Numbered from the stretch's first letter, positions 40,770 to 51,305 are shown. The stretch: DNA of 64,000 nt from Bacillota bacterium (GCA_023392615.1 JAEVYT010000011.1:25335-89334), one strand, 5' to 3'. Numbers and translations: made by a program. The notes: a model not told the origin generated them from the sequence alone.

Positions 40770-41591
40770 ATGGACACCAAAATCATATTTTTTGACATAG
40801 ATGGTACAATATTAAGCCACAGAAATTATAACATACTCGACAGCACCAAAGCAGCGATTCGCATGGCGAGGGAAAATGGTCACCTAACCTTTATCAATAC
40901 AGGGCGTACCTATTCTGAAATCAACGACGAGATTAAAAATGTCGGCTTTGACGGTTACGTATGTGGATGTGGAACCTACATATCTCTTCACGAAGATAGA
41001 ATGTTCCATCAAAGCTTAAGTGCTCAGTTGTGTAAAGAAATCGTGGCTGATGCTCGCCGTTTCGGGATTCAGTGTGTTTTGGAAGGTACTAACACCATAT
41101 ACTTTGACAAAGAATATAAACACCCATTGCTTGTTGAACTTAAAGATAAATTCACAAACCGATATAAATTCAATGTATCTACAACGGATGATCCGGATAT
41201 TCTTTTTGATAAATTCTGTCTATGGATAAGCGAAACTGCTGATGTCAAATCCTTTATTGATAAATATTCAGATCGATTTGAATTCATTGTTCGTGATGGG
41301 GCACTATTTTTCGAGGTGATTCCGAAAGGCTTTTCAAAAGCCTCCGGAATTGAATATCTGCTCACTCATCTTGGAATTCCTCATGAAAACGCTTATGCTA
41401 TTGGAGATAGTGCAAATGATCTTTCCATGCTTAATTACGTGAAGCACAGTATCGGAATGGGTAATTCCGAAGAAGAAGTCATGAAAGTCGTATCCTATGT
41501 TACCAAAGATGTTGATGATGATGGTATCGCACATGCCCTAACGCATTTTGAATTCATCAATTCCTGCGATTTCCTCGTAGCAAATAAATAA
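40770..41591 (+). CDS. Cof-type HAD-IIB hydrolase
   Basis: FFDIDGT, NTGR, SKASG, GDSANDLSM, MGN. Confidence 0.93.
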   Translation: MDTKIIFFDIDGTILSHRNYNILDSTKAAIRMARENGHLTFINTGRTYSEINDEIKNVGFDGYVCGCGTYISLHEDRMFHQSLSAQLCKEIVADARRFGIQCVLEGTNTIYFDKEYKHPLLVELKDKFTNRYKFNVSTTDDPDILFDKFCLWISETADVKSFIDKYSDRFEFIVRDGALFFEVIPKGFSKASGIEYLLTHLGIPHENAYAIGDSANDLSMLNYVKHSIGMGNSEEEVMKVVSYVTKDVDDDGIAHALTHFEFINSCDFLVANK

Positions 41592-42111
41592 TTTGACCAA
41601 TAATTAATCCAATCAAAGAAGGACAAAAGCCAAACCCGAGTGCGAACCAATTAAAATAATTAAAAATTATAGTCGGTACGATTAATCCAAAGCTTCCAAA
41701 TAAAACAGGTGCTATATATTTTAATTTTGTCCTTCTCATGCCAAGCAACAACGAACACACAAATGCGGTAAAAGGTATTATCAGATAAAAATAAAGAATA
41801 ACATAGCCAATCTCCTCACCGGGTTTTAGAAAGAACAGTCCCGATATTAACGCTATTACTCCAACTGTTATAGATACGGATAATAATATAATATTTAATA
41901 TATGCTTCTTGAATTTCTTTGCAAAATGATTTACTTGATCCCAATCACTTTTCCTAACTTTAATGTCCGGTTGTTTTATTTTATCCAACTCCATTTTACA
42001 TACCTCACAATCTTGAATATGCTCCTCTACCATCTCCTTGCTTCCCTGACTTGCTATATTTTCCGCATAAAGTGGCAATAGATCTTGAATTACATCACAT
42101 TTTATCTTCAC
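41557..42111 (-). CDS. zf-HC2 membrane anti-sigma factor
   Basis: CDVIQDLLPLY...EHIQDCEVC plus 4 TM; coupled to ECF sigma. Confidence 0.9.
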   Translation of the reverse strand: MKIKCDVIQDLLPLYAENIASQGSKEMVEEHIQDCEVCKMELDKIKQPDIKVRKSDWDQVNHFAKKFKKHILNIILLSVSITVGVIALISGLFFLKPGEEIGYVILYFYLIIPFTAFVCSLLLGMRRTKLKYIAPVLFGSFGLIVPTIIFNYFNWFALGFGFCPSLIGLIIGQIIYLLRGNRRN

Positions 42112-42596
42112 TTATTCTCCTCCATTCCCTCTTGAATTTTTGACTTAGCTCTATGGTATGTAACACAAGCCCAATGTTCTGTTTTACCAAACAGCGCAGC
42201 GATCTGACTAAACTTCAATTCCCCAAACACCCTTAAAGAAAACACTTCCTTATACGGTTCTTGTAAATCATGTATGAGCCTGTGAATCAAAAACGCCATC
42301 TCTTTATTCGCTAACATCGATTCAACACTTTGCTCTGTTATACAAAGATTTTCAAGCTCCTCACTAGATGTAATTCTTTTTTGCTTCTTAAGATAAGAGA
42401 AATAACAGTTTTTGGCTATCTGACAGATCCAAACACGAACATCACACTCTCCATGAAATTGATGAAGAGAGCGAAAAGTCTTATAAAATGCTTCTTGCGT
42501 CAATTCCTCCGCCAAGCTTTCATTGGCTGTCAACCCCCTCAAATACTTATATACATCATTATAATATTGCTCGTAAAACTGGTCGAACCCAGTCAC
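42108..42596 (-). CDS. ECF sigma-70 factor
   Basis: AEELTQEAF, WICQIAKN, PYKEVFSLR, WACVTYHRAK. Confidence 0.92.
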   Translation of the reverse strand: MTGFDQFYEQYYNDVYKYLRGLTANESLAEELTQEAFYKTFRSLHQFHGECDVRVWICQIAKNCYFSYLKKQKRITSSEELENLCITEQSVESMLANKEMAFLIHRLIHDLQEPYKEVFSLRVFGELKFSQIAALFGKTEHWACVTYHRAKSKIQEGMEENK

Positions 42597-43120
42597 CTAA
42601 TCACCCCCTCAATGATAAGACTCCCTTATATCAAAAATATCACAAAATTTCTTAATATTTTTATAAATTCCTACAAATTCTAATGCAATCACATCTACAC
42701 ATACATTTACTCAATCTGTTATATTCTACCATTAATGAACCCAGTTTTACAACCAAATTAGCAAAATCAGGATCGTGATGTCCGAACAATTAGGACTATT
42801 ACTAACTGTTTAGCAATAGGAATAAATGATGAAGCTACTGAGTAGGTTTCTACTTTATCCGTGAGGAATTTATGCTCGTTCTGATTGTTTCAAGTGAACT
42901 CAGAGATCTTAGAATTACTAGTAAATTACAACCAGCTTTCCAGCAGACATCCTCTTATCGTTAAGCATAATAGCATCCATCCCTTTATTAACTTCTCATT
43001 ATTATCCCATTTGTTAACTCCTATCGCAATTCAATGAATATAGTTGCATATTGCATTATTGTATGATAGAATTAGCAAGGTTCGAAACAACTGATACATT
43101 GAGCAAAAGGAGTGTTGTGA

Positions 43121-44521
43121 ATGCAGAATTACGACGTTATTATTATTGGTGCCGGTCCATCCGGTATTTTTTGTGCCTATGAATTAATTAAGGAAAACAA
43201 AGACCTTAAAATCCTTATGGTGGAAAAAGGTAGACCGATTGAGAAAAGACTTTGTCCCAAAAGAACTACAAAGAAGTGTATCGGATGCCAACCTTGCGCA
43301 ATTACAACAGGTTTTGCAGGAGCGGGAGCATTTTCAGATGGCAAGCTCTCCTTATCCCCTGATGTCGGTGGAACTCTTCCAGACATCTTAGGATACGATA
43401 AAGCTGTAGAACTTATAAAAGAATCTGATGATATTTACTTAAAATTCGGTGCTGACACTAATGTATATGGTGTTGATAAAGAAGCCGAAATTCGTGAAAT
43501 AAGAAGACGTTCCATCAATGCAAATTTAAAATTAATCGAATGTCCAATCCGTCACCTCGGAACTGAAGAAGGCTATAAAATTTACACCAGTTTACAAGAA
43601 CATCTTTTAGCAAGCGGCGTTGAGATGAGATTCAACACCATGGTACAAGACATTATTATAGAAAATAATGTAGCAAAAGGAATTATTACATCTAAGGGTG
43701 AAACTTTATGTGCAGATGAAGTTGTATCCGCAATAGGACGTGAAGGTTCCGACTGGTTCAGCCATATCTGCCAAGAACATGGCGTAGAAACAAAAGTTGG
43801 TACCGTAGATATCGGTGTAAGAGTCGAAGTTCGTGACGAGGTTATGGAGTTTTTGAATAAAAACCTATACGAAGCAAAGCTAGTATACTACACCCCTACC
43901 TTTGATGATAAGGTACGTACCTTCTGTACCAACCCATCCGGTGAGGTTGCAACTGAATACTACGAAAATAATCTTGCTGTTGTTAACGGACATGCATATA
44001 AATCAAAGGATTACAAGACAAATAATACCAACTTCGCTCTTCTTGTATCTAAGAATTTTACAAAACCGTTTAATACTCCAATTGAGTACGGTAAACATAT
44101 CGCTCAGCTTAGCAATATGCTTTGCGGCGGAAGAATCTTAGTTCAGACCTTTGGTGATTTCCAGAGAGGACGTAGAACTACCGAAGAACGTCTTTGTAGA
44201 AATAACTTAGTTCCTACTTTAAAGGATGCAGTACCGGGCGATTTATCCCTTGTATTCCCTCATCGTATCATGGTAGACATAAAAGAGATGATTCTTGCTC
44301 TCGATAAAGTCACTCCAGGTATTGCAAGTGATGAAACACTTCTTTATGGTGTAGAAGTTAAATTCTATTCCAATAAAGTTGTCGTTAATACCGATTTCGA
44401 GACCAGTATCGAAGGTTTACGTGCCATCGGTGATGGTGCTGGTTTAACCAGAGGTTTACAGCAGGCGTCAGCGAACGGTATTAGTGTAGCTCGTAGCATC
44501 TTAAAAAAGATGGGGAAATAA
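43121..44521 (+). CDS. NAD(P)/FAD-dependent oxidoreductase
   Basis: IIGAGPSG, GAGAFSDGKL, VRTFCTNP, GDGAG.TRG. Confidence 0.88.
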   Translation: MQNYDVIIIGAGPSGIFCAYELIKENKDLKILMVEKGRPIEKRLCPKRTTKKCIGCQPCAITTGFAGAGAFSDGKLSLSPDVGGTLPDILGYDKAVELIKESDDIYLKFGADTNVYGVDKEAEIREIRRRSINANLKLIECPIRHLGTEEGYKIYTSLQEHLLASGVEMRFNTMVQDIIIENNVAKGIITSKGETLCADEVVSAIGREGSDWFSHICQEHGVETKVGTVDIGVRVEVRDEVMEFLNKNLYEAKLVYYTPTFDDKVRTFCTNPSGEVATEYYENNLAVVNGHAYKSKDYKTNNTNFALLVSKNFTKPFNTPIEYGKHIAQLSNMLCGGRILVQTFGDFQRGRRTTEERLCRNNLVPTLKDAVPGDLSLVFPHRIMVDIKEMILALDKVTPGIASDETLLYGVEVKFYSNKVVVNTDFETSIEGLRAIGDGAGLTRGLQQASANGISVARSILKKMGK

Positions 44522-44593
44522 ATAATTAAAAGATGAAGCTTTCAATTATTTAAGAAATGTTTTATAACAAATAAATAATTTGCATTATAACAT

Positions 44594-44642
44594 AAAAAAG
44601 AACGATGATAATTTTGAAACAAAATTGTCATCGTTCTTTTTA
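44594..44642. terminator. Bidirectional terminator
   Basis: aaaaaagaacgatgataatttt...aaaattgtcatcgttcttttt. Confidence 0.8.
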
Positions 44643-44732
44643 TCCATAATTCTTCATAATTAATATTCTCGAAATGCTATATTTTAATCAAGATCCATCT
44701 TCTGCTAATCATCAATTCATGATCTTATGAAT

Positions 44733-45197
44733 TTAAAACATCGTATAGTATTTACTCACTTCTTTGGTAAAGCCATAATCAATGATGACCGGTCTCCCTT
44801 TGATAAAGCCCCAGCTGGAAGGTCTTTTCAAATCCGGATAAAGTAAGTTATATTTCTCCGTAAAATCTTTAAATTCATTTATACGAAATAACTCTCTGCT
44901 GTTTCTGACATGATAATAGTTCCAAACCTCAGCTATGGAATAAACTCTCTCCGCTTTCTCCATAATTAAAAATACGGAATCATCTGATATGGCTACTATT
45001 CGTGCAAAAACACGGGAATGAGTTGTTGCTGCTATCTGATATTCTGCTTGATTTTGAGCTAACCCTTTTTTATTCTTGGCTACTTTTACTACGTATCCAT
45101 TATCTAAGTCAAAGACATTTCTTCCGGATCCTGTACCAATCAACAAATAGGATTTTCTCTCAATATTGGTTTTGATATATTTAAAGTCAATTCTCAT
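44733..45197 (-). CDS. Small protein-kinase-like hypothetical protein
   Basis: IGTGSGRNVF, VVKVA, NQAE, LIMEKA, DLKRPSSWG, IIDYG. Confidence 0.7.
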   Translation of the reverse strand: MRIDFKYIKTNIERKSYLLIGTGSGRNVFDLDNGYVVKVAKNKKGLAQNQAEYQIAATTHSRVFARIVAISDDSVFLIMEKAERVYSIAEVWNYYHVRNSRELFRINEFKDFTEKYNLLYPDLKRPSSWGFIKGRPVIIDYGFTKEVSKYYTMF

Positions 45198-45361
45198 TAT
45201 CTGCTCCTAATAAAGTAATCACACAATTATTTTATTAAGAGTGAAGCAGATTGGTTAACAAATATTGAATAAAAGTCGAATATTGTTGTCTTTAATAACA
45301 TATAAAATATTATATTATATTATAATTACTAATCATCTTACATTTGATAATTAATTATAGC

Positions 45362-45703
45362 TTAATCTAGAGCGCTCTGTCCACGTTCTCCGGTACGAAT
45401 CCTGACCGTATCCTCAACTTCATAGATAAAGATTTTTCCATCACCATAGTTACCGGTACTGATTTGTTTTGTAACTTTTTCAATTATTACCTCAGCTGCT
45501 TCGGGAGAAACAACTGTTTCTACTTTAATTTTAGGTAAAAGATTCACCTGAGTTTTTGTTCCTCGATAGACCTGTACATACCCCTTTTGCTTACCATAAC
45601 CCATAATATTAGTAATCATTAGTCCTTGAGCATTACTTTCACTTAATATAGCTTTCAAGTCCTCTAATTTTTCTGGTTGTATTACTATTTCAAGCTTCTT
45701 CAT
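45362..45703 (-). CDS. glnB: P-II nitrogen regulator (copy 2)
   Basis: GYGKQKG, YRG, GDGKIF, RIRTGERG. Confidence 0.94.
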   Translation of the reverse strand: MKKLEIVIQPEKLEDLKAILSESNAQGLMITNIMGYGKQKGYVQVYRGTKTQVNLLPKIKVETVVSPEAAEVIIEKVTKQISTGNYGDGKIFIYEVEDTVRIRTGERGQSALD

Positions 45704-45817
45704 ATTTGTATCTCCTCTCCGTTTTGTATTATAAACACAAACATTATACCATATATTTCAAATAAATAAAACCATATTATTACATTACAGCCAAATTGAA
45801 AGCCGAGTTACTTCATA

Positions 45818-45861
45818 TAAAAACCGCAACAAGATGGATTTTTTCTTGTTGCGGTTTTTAT
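45818..45861. terminator. Terminator between the two P-II genes
   Basis: aaaaaccgcaacaaga...tcttgttgcggttttt. Confidence 0.85.
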
Positions 45862-45896
45862 TTTGAGAGATAATGAATTAATAGTCTAAAAATTTA

Positions 45897-46235
45897 TTAT
45901 AATGCCTCAGTTCCTCTTTCTCCGGTTCGGATTCTGACTGCATCATCTACATCATAGATGAAAATCTTACCATCTCCATAATTACCGGTATTGATTTCCT
46001 TAACCACCTTCTCAATTATCGTTTCCGCCACATCAGAAGGAACCACCGTTTCAACTTTTATCTTAGGAAGTAAATTTACATTGGTTTTTGCACCTCTGTA
46101 TACCTGAACATAACCCTTCTGCTTACCATATCCCATGATATTGCTGATCATAAGTCCGTTCGCATTACAATCATTCAGTATATCCTTTAAGCTCTCTAAT
46201 TTCTCCGGTTTAATAACTATCTCTAACTTTTTCAT
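45897..46235 (-). CDS. glnK: P-II nitrogen regulator (GlnK/NrgB position)
   Basis: P-II motifs; directly downstream of amtB; ATG 46235 with GGAGG. Confidence 0.93.
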   Translation of the reverse strand: MKKLEIVIKPEKLESLKDILNDCNANGLMISNIMGYGKQKGYVQVYRGAKTNVNLLPKIKVETVVPSDVAETIIEKVVKEINTGNYGDGKIFIYDVDDAVRIRTGERGTEAL

Positions 46236-46292
46236 ATTACCCTCCATTCTATCATATTACGACTGGATTACTCAAAAATTATCTTATTGATA

Positions 46293-47597
46293 TTATTCTT
46301 TGATACTTGGTGCAAAATCCGGATATGCTTGATTGCCATGCTCGCCAATATCCAAACCTTGTATCTCCTCTTCCTTGCTCACGCGAATACCAAGCGTTGC
46401 TTTAATTGCTAACCAAACTATGGAACTTGTAACAACTACAAATCCTGCTACAGATACGATACCTAAAAGCTGTGCTCCAAGTAATTTGAAGCCACCACCA
46501 TAGAATAAACCATTTCCTGTTGCTGCGCCTGTAATACCGTCTTTTGCAAATAAGCCAACACAAATTGTACCAAATATACCATTTACCAAATGAACAGATA
46601 CAGCACCTACCGGATCATCCACTCTTACTTTATCAAAGAAAATTACTGCTAATACAACAATAATACCTGCAACTGCGCCGATTGCTAAGGAAGCTGGTAC
46701 GGTAACAAATGCACATGGAGCTGTAATTGCAACCAAACCTGCTAACAGACCGTTAATACTCATACCAAGATCCGGTTTACCAAGGATAATCCATGAAGTA
46801 GCTGTAGCTGTTAAGATAGCCGTAACACCTGCTGTATTAGTTGTAACAACTATATGAGCAATTGAACTAGGGTCAGCAGCCATCGTAGATCCGGGATTGA
46901 AACCAAACCAACCTAACCAAAGAATAATTGCACCAATAGTTGCTAAGGACATATTGTGTCCCGGAATCGATTTTACTTTTCCATCCTTATATTTACCAAT
47001 TCTAGGTCCCAGGATAATAGCACCTGTTAATGCAGCCCAACCACCTACGCTGTGAACAACTGTTGATCCTGCGAAATCCCAGAAGCCTTTTGCAGCAAGC
47101 CAGCCGCCGCCCCAGATCCAGTGACCTACGACAGGGTAAATCAAAAGAGTAAGTACAAACGAGAAAATAATAAAGGAAATATACTTAATACGTTCTGCCA
47201 CTGCTCCGGAAACGATTGTAGCTGCAGTTCCACAGAACACTAATTGGAAGAAGAATTTTGCCCATAAAGGAATTCCAGTCCATGATATCGCTGAGTACAC
47301 TCCTGAATATGCCTCACCTGTTGCAGGAGAATTATCTGCCCCTCCTACGAAAAACAAACCTTTTAATCCCATAAAACCATTGCCATCACCAAACATGATG
47401 CCCCAGCCTAATAATAAAAAGCCCAGGGAAGAAACAGCAAATACGATAAAGTTTTTGGATAAGATGTTAACTGCATTTTTGGATCTTGCAAATCCACTTT
47501 CCACGGATGCAAATCCTAAGTTCATAAAAAATACTAAAAATGCTGTAATAAGAACCCAGACTGTATCCACCGCTATTTTCAAATCTCCAATTTCCAT
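46293..47597 (-). CDS. amtB: Ammonium transporter
   Basis: FQLVF, IVSGAVAER, DFAGSTVVH, WFGFNPGS, DDPVGAVSVH; likely ATG 47597 after AAGGAAG. Confidence 0.96.
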   Translation of the reverse strand: MEIGDLKIAVDTVWVLITAFLVFFMNLGFASVESGFARSKNAVNILSKNFIVFAVSSLGFLLLGWGIMFGDGNGFMGLKGLFFVGGADNSPATGEAYSGVYSAISWTGIPLWAKFFFQLVFCGTAATIVSGAVAERIKYISFIIFSFVLTLLIYPVVGHWIWGGGWLAAKGFWDFAGSTVVHSVGGWAALTGAIILGPRIGKYKDGKVKSIPGHNMSLATIGAIILWLGWFGFNPGSTMAADPSSIAHIVVTTNTAGVTAILTATATSWIILGKPDLGMSINGLLAGLVAITAPCAFVTVPASLAIGAVAGIIVVLAVIFFDKVRVDDPVGAVSVHLVNGIFGTICVGLFAKDGITGAATGNGLFYGGGFKLLGAQLLGIVSVAGFVVVTSSIVWLAIKATLGIRVSKEEEIQGLDIGEHGNQAYPDFAPSIKE

Positions 47598-47743
47598 ACT
47601 ATTACTTCCTTTCTTATTAAAATTATATATCAATTCCTTGTTGATACTCATCGATTCAAGGAATTGCTTTTGATATTTAAGCCAGAACACGAAATAATTA
47701 ATCCAGCTTATATGCATGTTTAATTCACTCACTTAATTTAAGT

Positions 47744-47950
47744 AAAAAAACGGAGTCAAGGTATTTTCACTTGACTCCGTCGTCTTTTCCATGCATTTTA
47801 GGTTATCTTAAAAATAATCAAAAAAATGGTCAAAACTCGTAAGTTTTGACCTCATTGTCAATTACTATTATTCGAATAATGGTAAACCCTCTTACCTATC
47901 TTAACAATAGAAAAAGCCAAAGTATACTAATACTTTGACTTCGTCGTCAC
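47744..47950 (-). promoter_or_regulatory. Triple hairpin/terminator attenuator in amtB leader (ANTAR-like)
   Basis: Terminators at 47911-47940, 47820-47851 and 47744-47780, each overlapped at its 5' arm by GAC-RAYGRR-GUC. Confidence 0.75.
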
Positions 47951-47966
47951 TAATTAAGATAGACCT

Positions 47967-47995
47967 ACTATATCACACATTTTTTGGTAATGCAA
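47967..47995 (-). promoter_or_regulatory. SigA promoter of amtB
   Basis: TTGCAT-17 bp-TATAGT with TG extension. Confidence 0.7.
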
Positions 47996-48170
47996 TACTA
48001 TCTTTATATTTTCTTTATAAAAACTTTATATACAATGATACCAAATGCTTGTTTTTGTAAATAGTAGAATAAAACATTACATATTTCATAAAATAAATAA
48101 GTAATTTACAGTTTCTTCTAAACAGAAACTTTATATCATATGCATTTTTCTTTACACTCCGACCACTGAA

Positions 48171-49214
48171 TTAATGAATGAACATTGCATCTCCAAAACT
48201 AAAGAAACGATAACGCTCTTTTACCGCCTCATGATAAGCATTCATAATATGGTCTCGACCCGCCAAAGCTGACACTAGCATCATCAAAGTAGATTCCGGT
48301 AAGTGAAAATTAGTGATGAGCGCATCCATAACCTTGAACTGAAAGCCTGGATATATAAAAATTGTGGTATCCCCGCTTCCGTTTTGCACTTTGCCATTCT
48401 CATCTACTGCGGATTCGATAGTTCTACAGCTGGTAGTACCAACACAGATTACTCTGCCACCTAATTCTTTCGTATCATTGATTATCTTTGCTGCTTCCTC
48501 TGATACCTGATAAAATTCCGAATGCATATGATGTTCTAATACATTCTCTACTTTCACCGGACGAAAAGTTCCAAGACCGACATGTAGTGTTACATTCGCA
48601 ATTTTAACCCCACGTTGTTCGATCTCAGCTAATAATTCCTTTGTAAAATGAAGCCCTGCGGTTGGAGCCGCAGCAGAGCCATCAAATTTTGCATATACGG
48701 TTTGATATCTACTCTTATCCTCCAGTTGGTGAGTGATATATGGTGGCAATGGCATTTCACCTAGCTGATCGAGAATCTCCTCGAAGATTCCCTTGTATTT
48801 AAATTGTACTAAACGATTCCCTTCCTCGATAACATCAATGATTTCACCTGTCAACAAGCCATTACCAAAACATAATTTGGTACCCACTTTGGCTTTCTTG
48901 CCCGGCTTTACGAGGGTCTCCCATATATCATTTTCTCTTCTTTTTAATAAGAGCAATTCAATCTTCGCTCCGGGATTTGAGTCCTCCTGCTCTTTTATCT
49001 TTTCACCGATCAACCTTGCCGGTATAACTTTCGTATTGTTCACTACCAAACAGTCTCCAGGCTTCAAGTATTCTATAATATCTTTAAATATTCTATGTTC
49101 GATTTCACCTGTCTTTTTATTCAATAATAATAATCTTGAACCGGAACGATCCTCTAAAGGATCTTGTGCAATTAGTTCTTCCGGTAAATCATAATAAAAA
49201 TCACTTGTCTTCAT
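48171..49214 (-). CDS. queA: SAM:tRNA ribosyltransferase-isomerase
   Basis: [39 protein letters not shown]. Confidence 0.97.
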   Translation of the reverse strand: MKTSDFYYDLPEELIAQDPLEDRSGSRLLLLNKKTGEIEHRIFKDIIEYLKPGDCLVVNNTKVIPARLIGEKIKEQEDSNPGAKIELLLLKRRENDIWETLVKPGKKAKVGTKLCFGNGLLTGEIIDVIEEGNRLVQFKYKGIFEEILDQLGEMPLPPYITHQLEDKSRYQTVYAKFDGSAAAPTAGLHFTKELLAEIEQRGVKIANVTLHVGLGTFRPVKVENVLEHHMHSEFYQVSEEAAKIINDTKELGGRVICVGTTSCRTIESAVDENGKVQNGSGDTTIFIYPGFQFKVMDALITNFHLPESTLMMLVSALAGRDHIMNAYHEAVKERYRFFSFGDAMFIH

Positions 49215-49381
49215 TCTTCCTCCATATCTCTTTCAACTAATATAAATTTTAAATAATGCATCATATAGTCATCCGCCCTAAAAAAGCTATTCAAAACAAT
49301 GCTACTTTCGGCTCTGTTCAGAACCTTATCGCAGTTAATGTTTTGAATAGCCCTTTCTGTGCTAGATTATTAGCCTATGCA

Positions 49382-49534
49382 TTAAAATATTAAGTCGGAT
49401 TTTTTCTTAAGTAACTTTGCTCCATTCAAAATAAGTAATATCCCTGAAACCATTCCTGCTACAATTAACAGAATTCCCATAACAAGATTCCATACACCCA
49501 CAGACTTCATGGTATGATAGATTTTTTCCATCAT
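49382..49534 (-). CDS. 50-aa small membrane protein (not in ORF track)
   Basis: MMEKIYHTMKSVGVWNLVMGILLIVAGMVSGILLILNGAKLLKKKSDLIF*; AAGGAGG RBS right after the pyrE stop. Confidence 0.75.
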   Translation of the reverse strand: MMEKIYHTMKSVGVWNLVMGILLIVAGMVSGILLILNGAKLLKKKSDLIF

Positions 49535-49551
49535 ATTACTAACCTCCTTAA

Positions 49552-50232
49552 TTATGCTTCTACTACTCCATATTTATCATAGTATGAATCAATTGCTGTT
49601 TTCAAATTATCATCAATAATAATTTTGCCCTGGTAAGGTTTATTATATAAATGATCAACAACTTCCTTCATAGTTACAATCGAGGTAGTTGCAATCTTAT
49701 AATTTTCTTCTATCTCCGATAATGCACTTTTTACTCCTTGTCCTCTTTCCATACGATCAACAGATACTACCAACCCAAGTACTTGAACTTTAGCCTGAGC
49801 CTCAAGAATTGGCATTGTTTCACCAATTGAAGTACCGGCAGTCGTAACATCTTCAATAATAATAACACGATCACCGTCCGTTAACGGAGAACCAAGCAGA
49901 ATACCGGTATCACCGTGATCCTTAACCTCTTTACGGTTTGAACAGTATTTGATATCCTTATCATAGAATTCGCTAACAGCCATAGTTGTTGCTACACTAA
50001 GAGGGATTCCTTTATAAGCAGGTCCAAATAATACATCAAACTCTAAGCCATACTTATCATTAATAGCCTTTGCATAATACTCTCCAAGTTTTCTTAACTG
50101 CTTACCAGTTCGATAAAATCCTGTATTCACAAAAAACGGAGTCTTTCTACCGCTTTTGGTTGTAAAGTCACCAAACTTTAGTACTCCACAATCCACCATG
50201 AATTCTATAAATTCCTTCTTGTACTGTTCCAT
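49552..50232 (-). CDS. pyrE: Orotate phosphoribosyltransferase
   Basis: FGDFTTKSGR, FGPAYKGIP, NRKEVKDHG, IEDVTTAGTS. Confidence 0.96.
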   Translation of the reverse strand: MEQYKKEFIEFMVDCGVLKFGDFTTKSGRKTPFFVNTGFYRTGKQLRKLGEYYAKAINDKYGLEFDVLFGPAYKGIPLSVATTMAVSEFYDKDIKYCSNRKEVKDHGDTGILLGSPLTDGDRVIIIEDVTTAGTSIGETMPILEAQAKVQVLGLVVSVDRMERGQGVKSALSEIEENYKIATTSIVTMKEVVDHLYNKPYQGKIIIDDNLKTAIDSYYDKYGVVEA

Positions 50233-50402
50233 CTGTTTCCTCCTGATATGTTTCTCTATTTATCTATTATTATTCGTCAAGAATAAAGAAATGCGCATAA
50301 AAATCTATCGTTTGAGGTTTCTACTCAAGCATTTATCCAACAAATATCACCCTATATATTTATTATGGTAATTCTAACATATTCCTTCTAAAAAATATAT
50401 TA

Positions 50403-51305
50403 CTATTTTACACATCCAATTAATTCTTTAATATCAGCAATACCGTATTGCTGCATATATTCCTCAATGCCGTCCACTACCTCTGATGTTGCCATCGGAT
50501 TGATGAAATTAGCGGTTCCTACAGCCACCATTGTCGCTCCTGCCATTATGAATTCTAATGCATCCTCGGCATTCGCAATCCCTCCCATACCGATTATCGG
50601 AAGATTAACTGCATTTGCCACCTGATAAACCATACGAATTGCAATCGGTTTTACTGCAGGACCGGATAGGCCACCTGTTTTATTTGCTAAAAGAAATGCT
50701 CTTTTGTGAATATCTATCTTCATAGCGGTGAGTGTATTGATTAGTGATAATGCATCTGCACCTCCTGCTTCTGCGGCTCTCGCCATCTCGGTAATATCCG
50801 TAACATTGGGACTGAGCTTCATAATTACAGGTTGCTTTGCACACTTTTTAATCTCCCTCGTGATATCCTCCACACACTTCGGATCTTGTCCGAACGCAAT
50901 ACCGCCTTCCTTAACATTCGGACAGGAGATATTGATTTCTAACATATCAATATCACAATCCGAGAGACGCTCTACTACCTCACAATATTGTTCGGTTGTT
51001 TTGCCCACTACATTTACGATAATCTTTGTGTTGTATTTGCGTAAAAAAGGAATATCTCTTTCTATAAACACATCAGCGCCGGGGTTTTGAAGACCAATTG
51101 CATTCAGCATGCCTCCATAGGTTTCTGCTACTCTGGGTGTCGGGTTACCAGGCCAGGGAACTGCTGATACTCCCTTCGTTGTAACCGCTCCTAATTTTGA
51201 TAAATCCACGTATTCGCTGTATTCCATTCCAGAGCCGAACGTTCCACTGGCGGTTGTTACCGGATTCTTAAAGGTAACACCTGCAATTGTTACATTTGTA
51301 TTCAT
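50403..51305 (-). CDS. pyrD: Dihydroorotate dehydrogenase 1B catalytic subunit
   Basis: ASGTFG, NAIGLQNPG, NISCPN, KLSPN, GGLSG. Confidence 0.96.
   Translation of the reverse strand: MNTNVTIAGVTFKNPVTTASGTFGSGMEYSEYVDLSKLGAVTTKGVSAVPWPGNPTPRVAETYGGMLNAIGLQNPGADVFIERDIPFLRKYNTKIIVNVVGKTTEQYCEVVERLSDCDIDMLEINISCPNVKEGGIAFGQDPKCVEDITREIKKCAKQPVIMKLSPNVTDITEMARAAEAGGADALSLINTLTAMKIDIHKRAFLLANKTGGLSGPAVKPIAIRMVYQVANAVNLPIIGMGGIANAEDALEFIMAGATMVAVGTANFINPMATSEVVDGIEEYMQQYGIADIKELIGCVK

Noticed and set aside
42700..43100. Possible ncRNA in the 500-bp divergent intergenic region
   Set aside because: Only weak inverted repeats and no recognisable motif
47598..47732. 45-aa N-terminal extension of AmtB in the ORF track
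   Set aside because: Better RBS at ATG 47597; the extension lies in the leader
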